DNA of 63,772 nucleotides, the filler included, from Salisapilia sapeloensis CBS 127946 (taxonomy: Eukaryota; Protista; Oomycota), in the NCBI GenBank assembly GCA_023334545.1. It is 12 parts of 12 records of this genome, joined end to end, with 100 filler letters (N's around TTAATTAATTAA, not from the genome) between each part and the next. Parts side by side here need not be neighbours in the genome. Positions count along the whole stretch, not along the records: positions 14,899 to 24,938 come from JAADVB010000452.1; positions 25,039 to 26,687 come from JAADVB010001077.1; positions 26,788 to 48,193 come from JAADVB010000287.1; 9 more parts are not named here. The stretch is one strand, 5' to 3'. Numbering within the stretch: position 1 is the stretch's first letter; every line of letters starts with the position of its first letter. The position numbers were made by a program, and so were the translations under genes. The notes under the pieces are model-generated. The model was not told where the DNA came from. It did not search any database and worked only from the letters and a program-made list of their open reading frames with translations. Positions 22,030 to 32,472 of this stretch are shown here, piece by piece.

Positions 22030-23292
22030 ATGGCAGGTGGATGGAGCAGAGTCCGGTCGATCGTCTCGCGACTACTCACGCTCTCTGCAGCATCCTGCAT
22101 CGTCCTGCTCTTCTTGTACTTGGAAGACGGCGAGTACTTGATTTTCCTCGGACTCGCCGTCGCCGCCTTAAGTGCTTTGGAGCTCACGTGGTGGCACCGG
22201 CGTATGCATACTCGATTCATAAAGTGGTTCGGACCCAGTCGATCTCCTTCTTCAGATTATAGGCCCAGAGAACAAGCCACTTCGACCGTTCCGGCGTGTC
22301 GACAGCCGCCAATCGAGTCGTCCAACGGCCACTACGCCATCTCAGGCCTTGCCAAGCGTTGGTTCTGGAATCAACACTACATCCCGTCCTTGTTTCTATC
22401 CTTTCTTGCAGGCGGACTTGTCTTTATTTGCTTCATCTTCAGTCGAGGCGCCTTCACGCCCGTGAAAGACTCGGTCGTTGGCTGGAACGTGCTCATATCA
22501 AGCGCCACGTCCGGTGGTTTCGTCGCTGTCCTGACGTCTTGCTACGCTCCGACCGTGGGAGACGCGTGCAGTGTCTTTTTCTGTGTCGTCGCGTTCATCG
22601 TGTCGGCCATCAATTCGTTCGTTTCGCACTATGAGAACATGGATCGAAATGACGAACTTCTCGACTCGTTCTACGTCTGCAACGTCGCAGTCTTTTGCGT
22701 CGTTTGCTCCCGTATCATATCGAATAAGAACGTGACGGACACATTGGTCCTCCTGACTCTCGACTTTACCAAACTCGGAATGTTTTTCATCCCTCTCACC
22801 GTCGTCACGGACTTTTTAGAAGACCCATACGCAGTCGAGCTTCAGGCAGACATTGGCGCATTGTTCCTATCGACTGTCGGTGCAGACTTTGCATACTCTT
22901 TACAGCAGGAACGCAATCGATCTCGACTAGCTCGTCAAAGTAGTTTAATCAAGAGCATGGTCTGGAAGAATGAAGTTGCGGGAGTGTGCGAGAGCATGGT
23001 CATGTCGGCCATTGGTTCCGTGGTTGGGATCCTCGTGTCGAAAGCCATCTACCAAGTGGATGGCTACAACGGAGAACAGTTCGGTGTTTTAATCACGACC
23101 GGGTGTCTCCAACCAGTGTATCGAAAGTTACTGAAGCTCGCGTCTGTGGTCGGACAAGTCGACCGGAAGAAGTGGTCGCTGGCAAGTCTTGGGGTTGTCG
23201 ACGTTTGTAGCCCTTTCATCGTCGGTGCAGCATCTGCCTACTACCCGTACATCCAGAGTCTGTATCATTCGGAGAAAGGAGATTATGAGTAG
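22030..23292 (+). CDS. Multi-pass membrane protein of unknown function
   Basis: Intact 420-codon ORF with about 9-11 hydrophobic segments; no family motif recognised. Confidence 0.75.
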   Translation: MAGGWSRVRSIVSRLLTLSAASCIVLLFLYLEDGEYLIFLGLAVAALSALELTWWHRRMHTRFIKWFGPSRSPSSDYRPREQATSTVPACRQPPIESSNGHYAISGLAKRWFWNQHYIPSLFLSFLAGGLVFICFIFSRGAFTPVKDSVVGWNVLISSATSGGFVAVLTSCYAPTVGDACSVFFCVVAFIVSAINSFVSHYENMDRNDELLDSFYVCNVAVFCVVCSRIISNKNVTDTLVLLTLDFTKLGMFFIPLTVVTDFLEDPYAVELQADIGALFLSTVGADFAYSLQQERNRSRLARQSSLIKSMVWKNEVAGVCESMVMSAIGSVVGILVSKAIYQVDGYNGEQFGVLITTGCLQPVYRKLLKLASVVGQVDRKKWSLASLGVVDVCSPFIVGAASAYYPYIQSLYHSEKGDYE

Positions 23293-23314
23293 CGTGGTAA
23301 AGAAATCGTATTTA

Positions 23315-24511
<1,197 letters not shown>

Positions 24512-24720
24512 GTTGTGTCCTAGTCTCGAAGCAGCGTTTTATGGACGATTTACAAAACGGGACGATACGATTGGTGCTGCCAAGACTTAATATTCACACT
24601 AACATATCAGATTTAATCATCCTTGTTCACTACTTTTGATTTCTGACCCATTCCCACGTACATTCGATCTTCCACATACATCTCTCCATCCTCTTGGTCC
24701 ATATATCCACATGGTCCAAT

Positions 24721-24938
24721 CGCCACTCCTTGTACTCGACTGGACGCAACACCGTTCCAAGCAAGTCTGCTTTCCACAACGTACTTTTTTAAAGCTCCAA
24801 ATTACAACAGAGTCCTACTAGAGTGGCCTATTCGACGACAAAGCCCAGGTTCTTAAAGTCGCGCTTCTTGACGGTCGTCTGGATGATCGGCAGTGCCTCC
24901 AGGATCGACGCAAAGTCCGGCCGTTTCGACGGATCCTG
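24721..24938 (-). repeat. Inverted repeat, right arm
   Basis: Reverse complement of about 14899-15117. Confidence 0.95.
24828..24938 (-). CDS. 3' end of a protein kinase, copy B (identical to 14899-15009)
   Basis: Exact reverse complement of copy A. Confidence 0.65.
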   Translation of the reverse strand, partial: QDPSKRPDFASILEALPIIQTTVKKRDFKNLGFVVE

Positions 24939-25038
24939 NNNNNNNNNNNNNNNNNNNNNNNNNNNNNNNNNNNNNNNNNNNNTTAATTAATTAANNNNNN
25001 NNNNNNNNNNNNNNNNNNNNNNNNNNNNNNNNNNNNNN

Positions 25039-26121
25039 GCATCCTTGGCAGCAGTCAATGCAGAAACGTTTTCTGGAGATGGTACGGCTTACACGCTGGG
25101 CGCTCCGATGGACGGCAACTGTAACATGATGTACGCTCCAAAGGCTGCCTCGGCCAATTACGCTGCACTCAACAATGAGCAGTGGGACGACATGGCCAAC
25201 TGCGGTCGATGCGCCAAGGTTTGGTCGCCGGACACGCCCGACAACAGCGCTCTCGTCTACATCTTGGATCGCTGCCCTGAATGTGCCCACGGAGACTTGG
25301 ACCTATCTCCAACGGTCTTCAAGAAGATCACTGGAAGTGGTCCTAGCCGTCTGCCGATCCAGTGGGAGTTTGCCGACTGTCCTGTGGAGAGCAACATCCA
25401 GCTATGTCTGAAGAGCGGTTCCAACCCGTACTACATGGCAGTGCAGCCAACGAACGTTGCTGTCGGCGTTAAGGACATGGCAATTAACGATATCCCGTGC
25501 AGCTCCATGGTCGACTCTGCCTACTACTTCCTCGCTGAATCCCAAGGTGATCTCAACTCTGTCAAGGTTCAGCTGACGTCTGTCAACGGTGACTCTGTCG
25601 AAGATACTGTGTCTATGCAGGCCGGCAATTGTGTCGAGATGAACGGACAGTTTGGCACCGCTAGCGGTGGTGGAGATGGCGGGTATGACAATACGACCTC
25701 TGGATCGTCCACTAGTAGCGCTGGCGACGATACTACCCCGACACCGCCTGATGCTCCTATCGAGACTCCCACAGAGGCTCCCACGGAAGCACCCACCACC
25801 GCACCTTCAGACACTCCTGCTACTGTCGGTCCTCGTACTGATGTCCCTGATACGGCGAGTCAATCGACAGACGCCTCTATTGCCGATGAATTCACCACCA
25901 CACCTACGGATACCCCTCCTACCGATGCTCCAGCTCCAGATGCTCCAGCTATGGAAACCCCAACAACCAATACACCCACCGACTCTCCGGCTACTGATTC
26001 CTCGGATACGGACGCTCCCGTTACGGAGTATCCCGATACGGACGTTCCAGCAACCGAAATTCCAGTGACTAACGCTCCTGCTTGCCGAAAGATTAAAAAG
26101 CATATGCGGAGACACCTCTGA
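25039..26121 (+). CDS. Expansin-like (EXLX: DPBB + CBM63-like) secreted protein with T/P/D-rich tail; 5' truncated in the signal peptide
   Basis: FSGDGTAY, GNCNMM, YAALNNEQW...CGRCAKV, ILDRCPECAHGDLDLS, LKSGSNPYYMAVQ; repeats such as PTEAPTEAPTTAP. Confidence 0.9.
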   Translation, partial: ASLAAVNAETFSGDGTAYTLGAPMDGNCNMMYAPKAASANYAALNNEQWDDMANCGRCAKVWSPDTPDNSALVYILDRCPECAHGDLDLSPTVFKKITGSGPSRLPIQWEFADCPVESNIQLCLKSGSNPYYMAVQPTNVAVGVKDMAINDIPCSSMVDSAYYFLAESQGDLNSVKVQLTSVNGDSVEDTVSMQAGNCVEMNGQFGTASGGGDGGYDNTTSGSSTSSAGDDTTPTPPDAPIETPTEAPTEAPTTAPSDTPATVGPRTDVPDTASQSTDASIADEFTTTPTDTPPTDAPAPDAPAMETPTTNTPTDSPATDSSDTDAPVTEYPDTDVPATEIPVTNAPACRKIKKHMRRHL

Positions 26122-26789
26122 GGACCGCAAGAAATGTGGATGAGTAGTCACCAAAGACGGTTATACTGTATCCATGTTTTGCAGTGTGCACAGTGGATCC
26201 CAAGACGTATCGCACTGGGATCTTTTCTAGGCACAGTAACATTCGTTTCTGTATCCAATCCAATGTCGTTTTTACTTTCTACACCCTTCTCACGAGTATT
26301 TGCTGATAGTCTGTACCAACAGCATTTAATATCGATACGGACTCTCTGACAGAAATCTCTCTACCTATTGAAATTCTGACGAGAAGTCCGTTATATTTTG
26401 ATGAATATGGATAGCGGCTCCTTGCGCAAGTCGGCGACGAAGAACTACTTTTCACACCTGCATCTACGTCAGCTTGGACTGGTGGGTATATAAAGCCTTC
26501 AGCCGTGGTGCCGTAAGAAAGCGGAATGTCTGCTAGTGTGTTTATCTTAATAAAAACTCTTCGGGAGTTTGTGGTAACCTGTTGGTGTTCATCTAGTCTG
26601 CGATTCTAGGTAGAGAGGAACATGTCCTGTAGGTAGAGGCAAACAGCTCATGTAGCGGCTGGAACGTCATTTATCCGTTCGTAGCCANNNNNNNNNNNNN
26701 NNNNNNNNNNNNNNNNNNNNNNNNNNNNNNNTTAATTAATTAANNNNNNNNNNNNNNNNNNNNNNNNNNNNNNNNNNNNNNNNNNNNTC

Positions 26790-28580
26790 CTCGTCATCAC
26801 GCTCGTCGGCACCATCGCGGTCGGCATCGTCGCGACCATCCACGCGGGCGAGGACTCCCTCCTCACGCGTCTCTGCTGCCGCAAATCCACCAACGCGAAT
26901 GACACGGAAGACGCGACCGTCGGCCTGACGCCCAAGGAGCCCGAGTCCAGCTACTCACTCACGAGCGACTCGTCCCCCACAACCCGTCCCATCGGCATGG
27001 CGCATGACACGGGCGACGACGGCGACAAGCAGAACCAAGCGCGCAACTTCTTCCTGGCCGACCGAGGCATGAACTGGGCACTAGTGGGCGGATCCCTCTT
27101 CGCCAGCAACATCGGCGGCGAGCACTTTGTCGGCATGGCCGGCGACGGCGCCCGCCGAGGCCTCGCCGTCGCCATGTACGAGTGGTTCGCAGCCATCTTG
27201 ATCGTGCTCCTCGGCTGGGTGTTCTCCCCCATCTACCGCCGCGCCGGCGTCTACACGACACCAGAGTACCTCCAGTACCGCTTTAACGCTGGCTGCCGAC
27301 ACTACCTGTCCTTCATCACCGTCATCATGTACGTCTTAACGAAACTCTCTGCCAGTATCTACGGAGGCGCCGTCATCATGCAAGCGACTCTCGGCTGGAA
27401 CCTCTACGCTGGCTCCGGTGCCTGCGTCCTCTTGTCCGCGCTCTTCACCATCGGCGGAGGCCTCCGAGCAGTTATGTACACGGACTTGTTCCAGATGATC
27501 ATCTTTGTCGTCGGCGGATTCGTCGTCCTCGGCGTCGGACTGCACCAGGTCGGCGGATTCGACGGCATCGAGATGAACTTGAACGCAGAAGGCCGAGGCG
27601 ACTTCTGGCACTTGTTCAAGCCCGTGACGGACGAAGACTATCCGTGGACCGGTATGCTCATCGGCCAGCCGATCGGAAGCGTCTGGTACTGGTGCATGGA
27701 CCAGAATCTCGTCCAGCGCGTGCTGTCGGCGAAAGACACGTCGCACGCCAAGGCCGGCACGAGTCTCGCGGCCGTGCTCAAGCTCCTGCCGCCGTTCATG
27801 ATCGTCATCCCCGGCATCATCGCGTCCATCATGTACGACATGTCGGCTGCCGATAGTGGCGCCGATGCTGCGTACCCGGTACTTTTGACCAACGTGATGC
27901 CGCACGGAGTCATCGGCCTCATGATCGCGAGCATCATCATGGCCATGATGTCGTCTCTCAGCTCCGTCTTCTCCGCCGCTGCGTCCGTCATCACGAACGA
28001 CATCTACATGCAGTTCCGACCGCAGGCGTCCCACACGCAGCTCGTCATGGTCGGCCGCGTCTCGACCGTGGTGCTGGCGATCCTGTCCTTTTGCTGGATC
28101 CCGATCCTATCCAACGGCGACGGACTGTACAACCAAGTCGTAGAGATCCAGAGCTACTTGACGCCGCCCATTGGCATCGTCCTCATCCTCGGCGTCGTCT
28201 GGGAACGCACGAACGGCCCTGGAGCTCTCACAGCGATGCTGTGCGGAGGTGCCTTCGGTTTCATCCGACTCATTTTCCTCACCATCGTCGGCGACGACAA
28301 GAAGGGCCAGTACCCGACCGTGATCGACCAGTTCTTCTATATGAACTTCCAGCACTTTGCCATCCTGCTCTGGGGCATCGCCATGGTTGTGTGCATCCTC
28401 GTCAGCCTCTTGACTAAGCCCAACGACCGAGACGTCCGGCCATTCATGATCGACTGGTCCTCCATCTTCAAGCTGGACGAAAGCGAGAAGCGACATCCCA
28501 TGTACATCAACCACCTCGTGACGGGTAGCACCGTCGTCGCCCTCCTCCTAACGTTCACGCTGTGGATCTATTTCGCTTAA
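26790..28580 (+). CDS. Sodium:solute symporter (SLC5; SGLT/SMIT-like), 5' truncated
   Basis: FFLADRGMNWALVGGSLFASNIGGEHFVGMAG, TTPEYLQYRF, GGLRAVMYTD, YWCMDQNLVQRVLSAK; frame open from the contig start (TM segment LVITLVGTIAVGIVATI). Confidence 0.95.
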   Translation, partial: LVITLVGTIAVGIVATIHAGEDSLLTRLCCRKSTNANDTEDATVGLTPKEPESSYSLTSDSSPTTRPIGMAHDTGDDGDKQNQARNFFLADRGMNWALVGGSLFASNIGGEHFVGMAGDGARRGLAVAMYEWFAAILIVLLGWVFSPIYRRAGVYTTPEYLQYRFNAGCRHYLSFITVIMYVLTKLSASIYGGAVIMQATLGWNLYAGSGACVLLSALFTIGGGLRAVMYTDLFQMIIFVVGGFVVLGVGLHQVGGFDGIEMNLNAEGRGDFWHLFKPVTDEDYPWTGMLIGQPIGSVWYWCMDQNLVQRVLSAKDTSHAKAGTSLAAVLKLLPPFMIVIPGIIASIMYDMSAADSGADAAYPVLLTNVMPHGVIGLMIASIIMAMMSSLSSVFSAAASVITNDIYMQFRPQASHTQLVMVGRVSTVVLAILSFCWIPILSNGDGLYNQVVEIQSYLTPPIGIVLILGVVWERTNGPGALTAMLCGGAFGFIRLIFLTIVGDDKKGQYPTVIDQFFYMNFQHFAILLWGIAMVVCILVSLLTKPNDRDVRPFMIDWSSIFKLDESEKRHPMYINHLVTGSTVVALLLTFTLWIYFA

Positions 28581-28625
28581 TCCAAGTCTCTCGTGTAGTT
28601 TGTACATCCGAATGCCTTTCGTTTA

Positions 28626-29081
28626 TTATGATATATAACCTCCTGCTCTCTCTTCTACGCTACACTCGCCAGACGCGTCTTGTCCGAGTCGCTCCACGTG
28701 CCGATGGCTCTTGCATCGAGCTCCGCGACTCCTCCGCTTCTTCCCTTTCGAACGAGACAAAGCGCCCGTTTGTCGCCGACGCTCGTACTCGTCCATGACT
28801 CTCGCAGCAGTCGTCTCGAAGCAAGTGCTAGAGCCTTCCTCGAGCGACAAAAAGTGCTGCTTAAAAAGCTTCCAGTCCGATGGGAGACTCGTCAGCACCT
28901 GATGCTTCAAGAGCCTAGGAGACGGTGCCATCCCGAGTCTTTTCATCATCTCGCCCTTGACTCGTACTCGGTCCAAATGGCTCTTCATAGACGTCCCATG
29001 GCGATACTTGACTTGGTAGAAGGCACTCACGGCAGGAGCACGTTCCCCCACAGTCACCATGGTCCCTCGGAATGTACCCAT
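28626..29081 (-). CDS. Short ORF resembling the Ty1/copia gag UBN2 (Retrotran_gag_2) domain
   Basis: FYQVKYRHGTSMKSHLDRV...RLGM....VLTSLPSDW resembles F..KY..G.SM..HL..M..L..MG...LL.SLP..W; basic tail; no LTR or pol nearby. Confidence 0.5.
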   Translation of the reverse strand: MGTFRGTMVTVGERAPAVSAFYQVKYRHGTSMKSHLDRVRVKGEMMKRLGMAPSPRLLKHQVLTSLPSDWKLFKQHFLSLEEGSSTCFETTAARVMDEYERRRQTGALSRSKGKKRRSRGARCKSHRHVERLGQDASGECSVEERAGGYIS

Positions 29082-29343
29082 TTAGCCTTCTGCGCTATTT
29101 TAGGCCGGGCTATTCCCAACACCATCGACTCGACACTTTGCTCTTCCGCAAGATCGAGTACCTTTGCTCGAGCTACATGAGGTAGATATTCATATCATCT
29201 AAATCACCCGATCGTCCGTGTCGAATAGCTTAGAGGAGTCTTCTTCCGTCCGTTCCATAAAATTAGCTCTACTAGATAGTCTCTCACTTCAACAGAAATA
29301 TACTTATTTTACTAGTACACAGACCAAGAAAAGCACCAGTAAA

Positions 29344-31226
29344 ATGGTTCGAGAGCGAGCGGCGTCGGCGTCGGCCTCCGGGTCGAGCTGGACTGGCGGC
29401 GAGGACTTGCAACAAGCCCTCGACGGTCTCAAGAGTGCCAAGGGTACGTCTGCGAAACGCATTCGAGCCGTAGCCACCACTGCTTTGAAACACGCCAAGG
29501 TATGTCCTTCTCTCGCTCTCGTCCGAGCGATCCGTCACGACCTCTTTTTCTTGTCTAGGACTACAAGCGCGTCGTGCATGACGTCGAGAGCTTTTTATGG
29601 AAGTCAGACCCGAAGTATCGTCTTGGAGGTAGCTTGTAGACGTACTTTAGGAGCAGAATTGATCAACTGACGTACGTCTTAGGACTCTATGCGATCGACG
29701 CGATCATCCGGCAGTCGCAAGCCAAGAGTGCGTCGAAAGACCCATTCCTACCTCGCTTCTCCCTCCACCTCTCCACGACCATCAGTGCCGTCAAGAAGAT
29801 CCCACAGGACCAACAAGTACCTCTCTCTCTCTTGTATCTCCATGCATCTCCATCTGACATCCGACGTAGCACAGGGTGGAACACATCATCCACGAGTGGC
29901 AGTCGAGAAACCTATTCCAACCGTCTCAGCTGCAAGAAGCCGGAGGAGACATCTACGTCCTCCCTCGGAATAAGCAGAAGGATGGTCCGAAAGCCACGAG
30001 CGCAGACGAACAGGACGATCAGCAGTCGTCCAAGAAGCTAGCTTCCCTCCTTTCCATTATTAAGAAACAAAAAGAGAGACAGGACCCACACGAGACGCCG
30101 GAGCCTCGATCCGGGCGACCTCGAGCTCGAAGCGACTCGATGGAAGACGACAGGAGCGCGAAGAAGGCGAAAGGCTCTCGATGGGGACCTGCCAAGCCTT
30201 CTGGACAGGAGGATCGGAGGTCTCCTCCGCCTATGAACTACCCTCCTCCTCCTCCTGGCAGCGGATGGATGCCGCCGAGAGGACCTCCAGAAGACAAGTT
30301 TTACCCGCCTACTCACCCGTCTCCTCGTGGAAACTACCCTCCTCCACCTCCTATGGATCGAGGTCCAGGCTCCAGAGGCCCTCCGCCGCCCATGAACCAT
30401 CGATACGATGGACATGACGCGCATCCGTTCGGAGACGCGACGTCGCGTCCGGACGGCAAGACGCCCAACAGCAGCGGCCAGCTCTGTCGTAAATTCCAGC
30501 AGGGCAGATGCAACTTTGGCGACCTCTGCTGGTACTTTTCTTTGTTCATATTCTACGAGTCCAGCGTATTGATACACAAGTGTCTAGGCACGTGCATGAT
30601 GCGGATGGGGAGAAAGGAGGGATGGAGACGGATCGGAGCAAGTCCAAAGTCTGTAACCACCACCTTCGAGGCCAATGTCGCTTTGGAGACAAGTGCAAGT
30701 ACGTTTATCTTTTTCTTATTGATGATTCATCTTCCGATACTTACATGATCTCTTGCTCGTATCGCTTTCGTCCCACCTCTCTCGTCCGTCCGTGTGCTTT
30801 AACTCAAAAAATAATGAAAACCTCCCGTTTGGCCAACTAAATCAAACAATCGGACTCGTCTGCCACGAACACACTTGTGCTACCGATAGCTTTTCACATG
30901 AAGATCGAGATACAGGACACACGGGCTATCGGGACAACCGGTCGACGATGCACCAAGGACCGCCGCCGTATCGCGACGATCCGAGTCCGAGAGGATTTGC
31001 ACGTCCGCCACCGCCGCCGTTCACTGGGAGCAAGGCACCGCACGGAGATGCGTCGTACGCTAGACCGGACGCGTATGCAAGTGAAATGTACACGCGTCCG
31101 GACAGCGCCTCTTCGTTCCAGTCTCTGGACCCGCCGGCTGCATCTCGACCGTCGGAGAAGCAAGAGCCGACCAAGGAGCAGGCGACACCGGAGTTCAATC
31201 TCGACTATGACGATGATGAGGAGTAG
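29344..31226 (+). CDS. Pol II CTD-interacting (CID; SCAF4/8/Nrd1-like) protein with Pro-rich linker and two CCCH fingers; 6 exons
   Basis: Spliced: DYKRVVHDVESFLWK..KYRLG|GLYAIDAIIRQSQ, HRVEHIIHEWQSRNLF; CRKFQQGRCNFGDLCWHVH and CNHHLRGQCRFGDKCNFSH. Confidence 0.85.
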
Positions 31227-31358
31227 ATGCGTAGTGTGCTTTTCCTAGGACGTCGGTAAAGAAAAGAGAATGCAATTTGTCCCTTTGGCAAGCTGGATAC
31301 GACGTACGAGCATTCGTTTCTCGCGACTAGTGACATTTATATCTTGGCTTTTGGTTCG

Positions 31359-32472
31359 ATGGAACTACTGGATGAAGTCTCGATGGGCGTATTCAAGCAA
31401 CTCAAGAGCCAGGAGAGGGTCGATGGAGTGCAAGTGACTGAAATGGCGGGGGCGACACCTGCGCAAGTGGAAGTCTGGGAACAGGTGCGGCTCTTAGGAA
31501 TCACTCGCTACTTGTTCATGTTTGTAAGTGGTGCTTTAGAAGCACGTATCTGACCTTCCGCTTGGTCTCAAGCACTTTTACATGCTCTCGAATGGACTTG
31601 ACGTCAAGTGGTTCGTCACCTTCCGAGGTAGATACTCTGCTTGTCGCTTGGTGGAAAAGAGTACTGACACGGTCGAGGGTCTAGAGCAAAAGGTTCAGGT
31701 CGGACACTTTTCCATCTCACCTATCCAGGACCTCCATCCGATGCAAATCGATCACTTTCGATCCCACTGTCGGCCACTCGACCAGTCTCGACTCCCATCC
31801 TTCCACGTACATCGTGAAAACTACCTCTTACACTTGTCTTCATCACCACTATAAGACACTAGGCACAAGTCATCCAGACGTACACACTCGAAAGCTCACC
31901 AGCGCTAGGAAGGGTTGCGCTAGTCTACTTCCCAGGTCAGACATCCTCTTGCTTTCCATCGTTCGTATCGAATATAAACGTATGTGAATAGGAGGCAGTC
32001 GACAAATCTGGCTGCAGGACCGGAACGAGACATGGAGCTATCTCGCCAGCTCTTTCGAGAACTACTATCGCATGATGCTAGCTCACCTCGGTATCAAGAA
32101 CTGGCAGGTGTTTCCTCTATCCTTCTCCTATGCATATTGAGGCTTACTGGAGATGATGGTAGACACTCTTTTCAGACGCTGGCGTGGACCCGTCCAGCAA
32201 GGTCTTTCACCCTTCATGCACCTTTAGTAGATATATGCGCGTGCAAAGAGACCAACTAACGATCGAGATTGTATTTCATATCAGCCCTGGCTCTACCTCT
32301 TCCTCCCCCAACGCGTTGCCATGGATGAAGCAGCACAAACACAGGTATATGCCTTTTACTTATTCCGTTCGACTAGCTCATTCACTGCCATCTTCAAAGT
32401 AAAAGACGCTTTCGTCTCGATACTGGAGCTGCTCAAAGTCCGCTTTCGAGATACCGACGACCCGCCTCTTGA
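31359..32472 (+). CDS. TPGS2: Tubulin polyglutamylase complex subunit 2 (TPGS2-like), multi-exon
   Basis: Exon fragments AQVEVWEQ|KHVSDLPLGLKHFYMLSNGLDVKW, MLAHLGIKNWQ, PWLYLFLPQRVAMD; last exon uncertain (stop at 32472 or 32518). Confidence 0.72.
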
